This document shows positions 59,545-64,000 of a stretch of 64,000 nucleotides of DNA, piece by piece. Positions within the stretch are counted from its first letter, which is position 1. Every line of letters begins with the position of its first letter. The notes below the pieces were generated by a model. That model saw only the letters and a list, made by a program, of their open reading frames with translations. It did not search any database and was not told the origin of the DNA. A program made the translations under genes and the position numbers. Origin of the DNA: Spongiimicrobium salis (GTDB lineage Bacteria > Bacteroidota > Bacteroidia > Flavobacteriales > Flavobacteriaceae); NCBI RefSeq assembly GCF_043678055.1, contig NZ_JBHEQA010000001.1:1998198-2062197 (forward strand). Direction: 5' to 3'.

Positions 59545-60012
59545 ATGAAACAATTTGCACTACCTATCCGTTTTGGGGTGGCTACCAGTGGTTGCCTCAT
59601 CGCTTATTTTTTAATTCTTTCTCTATTTAATCTGCATACAAACATTTTTTACAGCCTTTTTAATGGCATAATTACGGGTTTTGGAATCTATGAGGCCATT
59701 AAATATTTTAAACAACAACATGGCATTGGTTTTGGATATGGCAAAGGCTTCGCCGGTGGCATTATCACAGGTTTTGTGGCGACACTGCTTTTTACCTTCT
59801 TTTTTGCTTTTTACGCCACCGAAATCAATACGCTTTTTCTAAAGGAACTTTCTTCGGTTTGGTTTGAAAGCTATGACACTTCAGCAGGTATTGTTTTCTT
59901 TACCGTAGCGATTATGGGTTTTGCCACTACCATAGTATTGACACTGTCTTTTATGCAGTTGTTTAAAACTTCCAATAACCCCAAAACTTCGCAAATACCG
60001 AAACAAGTTTAA
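59545..60012 (+). CDS. DUF4199-like 4-TM membrane protein
   Basis: Four predicted TM helices in 155 aa. Pattern match from memory only. Confidence 0.35.
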   Translation: MKQFALPIRFGVATSGCLIAYFLILSLFNLHTNIFYSLFNGIITGFGIYEAIKYFKQQHGIGFGYGKGFAGGIITGFVATLLFTFFFAFYATEINTLFLKELSSVWFESYDTSAGIVFFTVAIMGFATTIVLTLSFMQLFKTSNNPKTSQIPKQV

Positions 60013-60095
60013 GGTAAAATTGATGCAAGCATTGTTATTTTTCTAGAATAAATGGAGTATACCGCTTAAACAGCCTTAAATTCTATAAAAAAGGC

Positions 60096-60125
60096 TTGTC
60101 AATTAATGAATTAGCAGTATATTTG
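60096..60125 (+). promoter_or_regulatory. candidate Bacteroidetes sigma-A promoter for rplU-rpmA: TTG (-33) then 19 nt then TATATTTG (-7)
   Basis: TTG at 60096-60098 and TATATTTG at 60118-60125. The spacing is in the usual 17-23 nt range. It lies about 55 nt upstream of the rplU ATG. Confidence 0.3.
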
Positions 60126-60179
60126 CATCCGCTTATTGAAAAGTAAGTAAGGATTTTTAAACAAACTAATATATACGCT

Positions 60180-60737
60180 ATGTATGCAATTGTAGAGATG
60201 GCAGGGCAGCAATTTAAGGTTGCGAAAGACCAAAAAGTATATGTTCACCGTTTACAAGAGGAAGAAGGTAAAAAGGTTACTTTTAACAATGTACTTCTTA
60301 TTGAGGATGGAAAGAATATTACTGTTGGCGCCCCAGCTATAGACGGAGCCGCTGTTGAGGCCAAAGTCGTGAAGCACCTTAAAGGTGACAAAGTTATTGT
60401 CTTTAAAAAGAAAAGACGTAAAGGGTACAAAACAAAGAACGGTCACAGACAATATTTGACTGAAATTGTAGTTGAGAAGATTGTTGCTTCTGGAGCTAAA
60501 AAAGCGGCGCCAAAGAAAGAAGCTGCACCAAAAGCTACAGCGAAGAAGGCTGCTGCTCCTAAGAAGGAAGCTGCGCCAAAGGCAAAACCAGCCGCTAAAA
60601 AAGAAGCTGCTGCTGAAACAACAACGGATTACAGTAAAAATACAGTAGCCGAATTGAAGGAAATGGCAAAAGCTAGAGGAATAGAAGGAATTTCTTCTAT
60701 GAAGAAAGCAGATTTAATTGCGGCCTTAAGTAAATAA
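60180..60737 (+). CDS. rplU: 50S ribosomal protein L21 with C-terminal Lys/Ala/Pro-rich extension and a Rho-N-like helical tail
   Basis: MYAIVEMAGQQFKV opens the L21 core. Residues about 105-150 are an AKKAAPKKEAAPKA repeat. The final 35 aa, TVAELKEMAKARGIEGISSMKKADLIAALSK, resemble the Rho N-terminal domain. Confidence 0.85.
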   Translation: MYAIVEMAGQQFKVAKDQKVYVHRLQEEEGKKVTFNNVLLIEDGKNITVGAPAIDGAAVEAKVVKHLKGDKVIVFKKKRRKGYKTKNGHRQYLTEIVVEKIVASGAKKAAPKKEAAPKATAKKAAAPKKEAAPKAKPAAKKEAAAETTTDYSKNTVAELKEMAKARGIEGISSMKKADLIAALSK

Positions 60738-60762
60738 GTTAAAGAATTAAAAATAACATATC

Positions 60763-61023
60763 ATGGCACATAAGAAAGGTGTAGGTAGTTCTAAAAACGG
60801 TAGGGAATCAGAATCGAAACGCTTAGGAGTTAAGATTTTTGGTGGTCAAGCTGCTATTGCAGGAAACATTATCGTAAGACAACGTGGTACGAAACATAAT
60901 CCAGGAGAAAATGTTTATGCCGGAAAAGATCACACATTACATGCCAGAGTTGATGGCATCGTAAGATTTGCAAAAAAAGCAGGTGGAAAATCCTATGTTT
61001 CCATAGAGCCTTTTGAGGCTTAA
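60763..61023 (+). CDS. rpmA: 50S ribosomal protein L27
   Basis: [24 protein letters not shown] is the L27 N-terminus. The protein is 86 aa. Confidence 0.95.
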   Translation: MAHKKGVGSSKNGRESESKRLGVKIFGGQAAIAGNIIVRQRGTKHNPGENVYAGKDHTLHARVDGIVRFAKKAGGKSYVSIEPFEA

Positions 61024-61046
61024 GAAGCTTTTTTATCAAAAGATTG

Positions 61047-61077
61047 AAACCCTCTTTCCATTTTGGAAGAGGGTTTT
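61047..61077. terminator. hairpin terminator between the convergent rpmA and the minus-strand gene
   Basis: AAACCCTCTTCCAtttTGGAAGAGGGTTT is a perfect 13-bp stem, followed by TT. A T/A tract flanks it on both sides, so it may act bidirectionally. Confidence 0.6.
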
Positions 61078-61082
61078 TGCAT

Positions 61083-61646
61083 TTAGGACTTTGGTTTCTT
61101 CTCTAGAATGTCCCGAACAATTTTTAAATGGTGTTCTGTGTGCAACTGCATAAAACGCAGCGCCTGCTTTTTGTTCAATTCCTTGAAATAAGGATGTTTA
61201 AAATGAACATGGTCATCCATTTCAAGCACTTTTTCCAGTTTTTCTTTAGCTGTTTGCAGTTGAGTCAAAATAGCTTCGGTTGTTATAATTTTAGGAGGCC
61301 TCACGGATTTTGGTGCTTTAGCCTTACCTCGGGGGATATAATTAAAGGTATAACAGAACAAACGTAAAAAACTAAAATTTGGCTGATACGTTTTAGGGTC
61401 TGAAGCATTCAAGGTATCACAAATACCATTGATCACCTTAAGACTATGATCTAGATGCCAGGCAACAGGGACTGCGGAAACGTTAGTGTTCAATTGATCT
61501 CTTTTTGAGAGATAAGTTTCTATGAGAGTCAGTTGTTGTTCCATTGATACTTGCTTTTTGGAAAGGAGACTTAAAAATACGGAAATAGTCAAAAGACTGA
61601 TAAGGAGTAGAAAAAGATGGTTTTTGTTTTTTTGTTTTAGTAGCAT
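61083..61646 (-). CDS. DinB/YfiT-like four-helix-bundle protein (DUF1569-like)
   Basis: Conserved His residues at WHLDHS and HTEHH. The start is uncertain. The ORF-track start at 61697 overlaps the upstream gene. 61646 (MLLKQ...) and 61544 (MEQQ...) are alternatives. Confidence 0.4.
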   Translation of the reverse strand: MLLKQKNKNHLFLLLISLLTISVFLSLLSKKQVSMEQQLTLIETYLSKRDQLNTNVSAVPVAWHLDHSLKVINGICDTLNASDPKTYQPNFSFLRLFCYTFNYIPRGKAKAPKSVRPPKIITTEAILTQLQTAKEKLEKVLEMDDHVHFKHPYFKELNKKQALRFMQLHTEHHLKIVRDILEKKPKS

Positions 61647-61656
61647 ACTTTTAAAC

Positions 61657-64000
61657 TTAAAATTGATAGGTATACCCAATATTCGGAAAAAAACCAACTT
61701 GATCTATCTGGTTGATATCGTTGGTCAAACGGTTGAAACGTTGGGCAAATACATTTCTTCGATTTGTTATATTTTGGAGATCGAGAAAGAATTGATGGGA
61801 TTGCTTTTTTTGTTTGCTGTTCAACGTAATGCCAAACTTAAAATCCCATCGCAAATAAGAATCATTTTGAGTACTGAAAGCTTCATCCTCCAACAACACT
61901 TCAAAGCCGTTTTCTTGGGAATTTAAGATATCTACCGGAGTAAAAAAACGTCCTCCTGCGGTTGCAAACCGCGTATCGAAAAACAATTTATGATGTCTCA
62001 ATGGCCCAAGGGAAAATTCCTTGCCCATAAGCAGATTTATAGTGTATTGATTATTGAATGGAGTATTGCGTTCTATACCGTCACTCCCCCTATAGCGACT
62101 TTCAAACAGGGAAGTCGTTAAAAGACCGTAGTAGTCATTACTGAAGAATTTTTCCACAGTAAGTTCAATCCCTCTATTAAACCCTGTTCCTCCGTTATTC
62201 AAGGAAATGCGATTATTATCAAACACAAAATCACTTCCTTCTGTAAGGGATGAATAACTTGAAGGAAACGATTCTACCGCAGCATTGGAGATATCCTGAT
62301 AATAGCATTCCAATTTTCCATGCCAATTGGGAGCTATTTTCACATCATAACCTAAAACGTAATGATCGCTGCGTACAAAGTCCAATTTCCTATTTGGTTG
62401 AACTAAATTGCCATTGCGCTCTTCTCCCAAAAATAATAAAGGCAAGGGAACCGATTGACGATGAATGCCATAACCAAGTTGGATGCTGTGTTTATCTGAA
62501 ATCTGATAACTAAGACCGGCTCTGGGTGCAATAGCAGTTTGTTTGTTGAGACTACTATACATTCCGCGTAGCCCACTAGTAAGGATTAGGTCTTGTGAAA
62601 CACGCCATTGCAATTGTGCATAAGGCTGCCATAAGAGAAAGTTGTTCTTGGCATCTCTAAAAGTAAATAGGTCAGGATCGCCATCACCATCTTGATCGGT
62701 TTGCTCTTCCCTGTCCCGCAATAAGGACCGTACATCAAAATAAGCCAGTGAGGCCCCTGCTTTTATCGTAATCTTCTTACTTAATTTTGAATTTAAAAAA
62801 GTGGATAGGCTAAGACGGGTTTCTGCATTATCGATTTCTGAAAAAAGAACGCTTCGTTCCGTAGGCATATTGAAATCAAGCAATCGATTGGCAGTAATGG
62901 CGTTAGAAGATTGTGCTACTGCTATCGTACTCCCTAAGAAAGACTGCTCACCTAGAGTTGTGCGGTGTTTTAATCCCAGAACACCGAAGCTTGATTTTAC
63001 AAAAAGATCTTCATCTTCGGCTGCAAAGAGGTCATCTGTATCCGTTTCTTCTCCTAAAAAATCAATATTGGAAGTTCCAAAAATCCCAAAAATGGATAAG
63101 GCTCCGAACTTGCCCTTTCCAAAATCGAGGTGAAATGCCAAATCTCCATAATTAGGTGTCGCTGTAGATGCCCCACCAGCTCCGGCTCCAATAAGGGCAA
63201 CAAGGGAATAACGGAAAGCAGCTAAGAACGACCCATTTTTTTTACCTAGTGGGCCCTCGGCATTTGCTTCTAGTCCCGTAAAGGCGCCAAGTTGGAGGCT
63301 GAATTCGTAATCATCGGCATTTCCTTTTCTAAACCCAAGATCAAATACTCCACCCAAAGCGTTCCCATATTCGGCAGGAAAAGCGGAAGTGAAAAAGTCA
63401 GAATTCTTGAGCACATTTGAATTGATAGCAGATACGGGGCCACCAGTGGCGCCGAATGCTGCAAAATGATTTGGATTGGGGATAGGAATCCCTTCCAATT
63501 TCCATAAGAGTCCAGTTGGTGAATTCCCCCGCACAACAATATCGTTCCTACTGTCATCTGGTGTAGAAACGCCGGCGAAGTTTGCAGCCAAACGAGCCAC
63601 ATCGCCACGTCCTCCAGAAAATCGTGTAACTTCCTCCAAGCCAAATTGCCGTGCAGAAACTGTTGCTAAGCTATTAAGAGGTCTGTTCTTGGAATTGTCA
63701 TTAGAAAGCACAACTTCATCCAGTTGGTCAAAAGATTCCAATAGCGTAATCCGGAGCACAACATCTTTTCCCGAACGGACCTCAATGTTTTCCTGAATCC
63801 TGGTTTCAAAACCAATATAGCTAATACGAATGCGTTGTCTTCCTAAAGGAACATCCCTTAAAACAAAGCGTCCATTGGCATCAGTAATTACTCCAGTTTT
63901 AATTTCTGCGTTCAATAATTCTATAGTTGCGCCTTCAAGTGGACTTTTTGATTGCTCGTCTAAAACAATACCTTTTATGGTGCCATTTTGCCCATAAGCC
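61657..64000 (-). CDS. outer membrane beta-barrel protein with N-terminal carboxypeptidase-regulatory-like domain (TonB-dependent-receptor-like). The 5' end lies beyond the window.
   Basis: Upstream of the ORF-track M, the frame stays open to the window edge. The minus-strand translation there is GQNGTIKGIVLDEQSKSPLEGATIELLNAEIKTGVITDANGRFVL, a CarboxypepD_reg signature. The C-terminal barrel ends GYTYQF. Confidence 0.55.
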   Translation of the reverse strand, partial: AYGQNGTIKGIVLDEQSKSPLEGATIELLNAEIKTGVITDANGRFVLRDVPLGRQRIRISYIGFETRIQENIEVRSGKDVVLRITLLESFDQLDEVVLSNDNSKNRPLNSLATVSARQFGLEEVTRFSGGRGDVARLAANFAGVSTPDDSRNDIVVRGNSPTGLLWKLEGIPIPNPNHFAAFGATGGPVSAINSNVLKNSDFFTSAFPAEYGNALGGVFDLGFRKGNADDYEFSLQLGAFTGLEANAEGPLGKKNGSFLAAFRYSLVALIGAGAGGASTATPNYGDLAFHLDFGKGKFGALSIFGIFGTSNIDFLGEETDTDDLFAAEDEDLFVKSSFGVLGLKHRTTLGEQSFLGSTIAVAQSSNAITANRLLDFNMPTERSVLFSEIDNAETRLSLSTFLNSKLSKKITIKAGASLAYFDVRSLLRDREEQTDQDGDGDPDLFTFRDAKNNFLLWQPYAQLQWRVSQDLILTSGLRGMYSSLNKQTAIAPRAGLSYQISDKHSIQLGYGIHRQSVPLPLLFLGEERNGNLVQPNRKLDFVRSDHYVLGYDVKIAPNWHGKLECYYQDISNAAVESFPSSYSSLTEGSDFVFDNNRISLNNGGTGFNRGIELTVEKFFSNDYYGLLTTSLFESRYRGSDGIERNTPFNNQYTINLLMGKEFSLGPLRHHKLFFDTRFATAGGRFFTPVDILNSQENGFEVLLEDEAFSTQNDSYLRWDFKFGITLNSKQKKQSHQFFLDLQNITNRRNVFAQRFNRLTNDINQIDQVGFFPNIGYTYQF

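Overview
This is a 64 kb chromosomal window from a Bacteroidetes genome, most likely Flavobacteriaceae. The supporting signs are the mutY-ssb-gldE-gldD synteny, a protein with a type IX secretion (T9SS) type-B C-terminal sorting domain followed by a PorP/SprF-like gene, TAnnTTTG-type -7 promoter boxes, weak Shine-Dalgarno usage and roughly 38-40% GC. Most of the window is housekeeping: xth, radA, panDC, glmS, atpDC, a scattered biotin cluster (bioF/bioD/bioA/bioB), recX, an RNase E/G-family ribonuclease, HU, mutY, ssb, gldE/gldD and rplU-rpmA. No rRNA, tRNA, CRISPR array or transposase/integrase was detected by eye. The accessory or unusual content is as follows. (1) A locus at 45988-53552 has a transmembrane TPR-AraC regulator, then a 1635-aa surface protein with N-terminal leucine-rich repeats, a block of near-identical 303-bp tandem repeats and a T9SS type-B sorting domain, then a PorP/SprF-type partner. 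(2) A standalone 61-aa double-glycine-leader, six-cysteine peptide gene has its own terminator. (3) The biotin cluster is interrupted by a CHH-type ketoacyl synthase, a translationally coupled DUF2007/zinc-ribbon gene, a family-39 glycosyltransferase and an NfeD-flotillin pair. (4) A three-gene minus-strand module (Met/His-rich outer membrane protein, Met-rich lipoprotein, Cys-motif membrane protein) has no recognisable function. Tandem paralog pairs are also present: small outer membrane barrels, EamA transporters and M16 peptidases. All calls come from reading the supplied translations and the DNA by eye. No database search was run.
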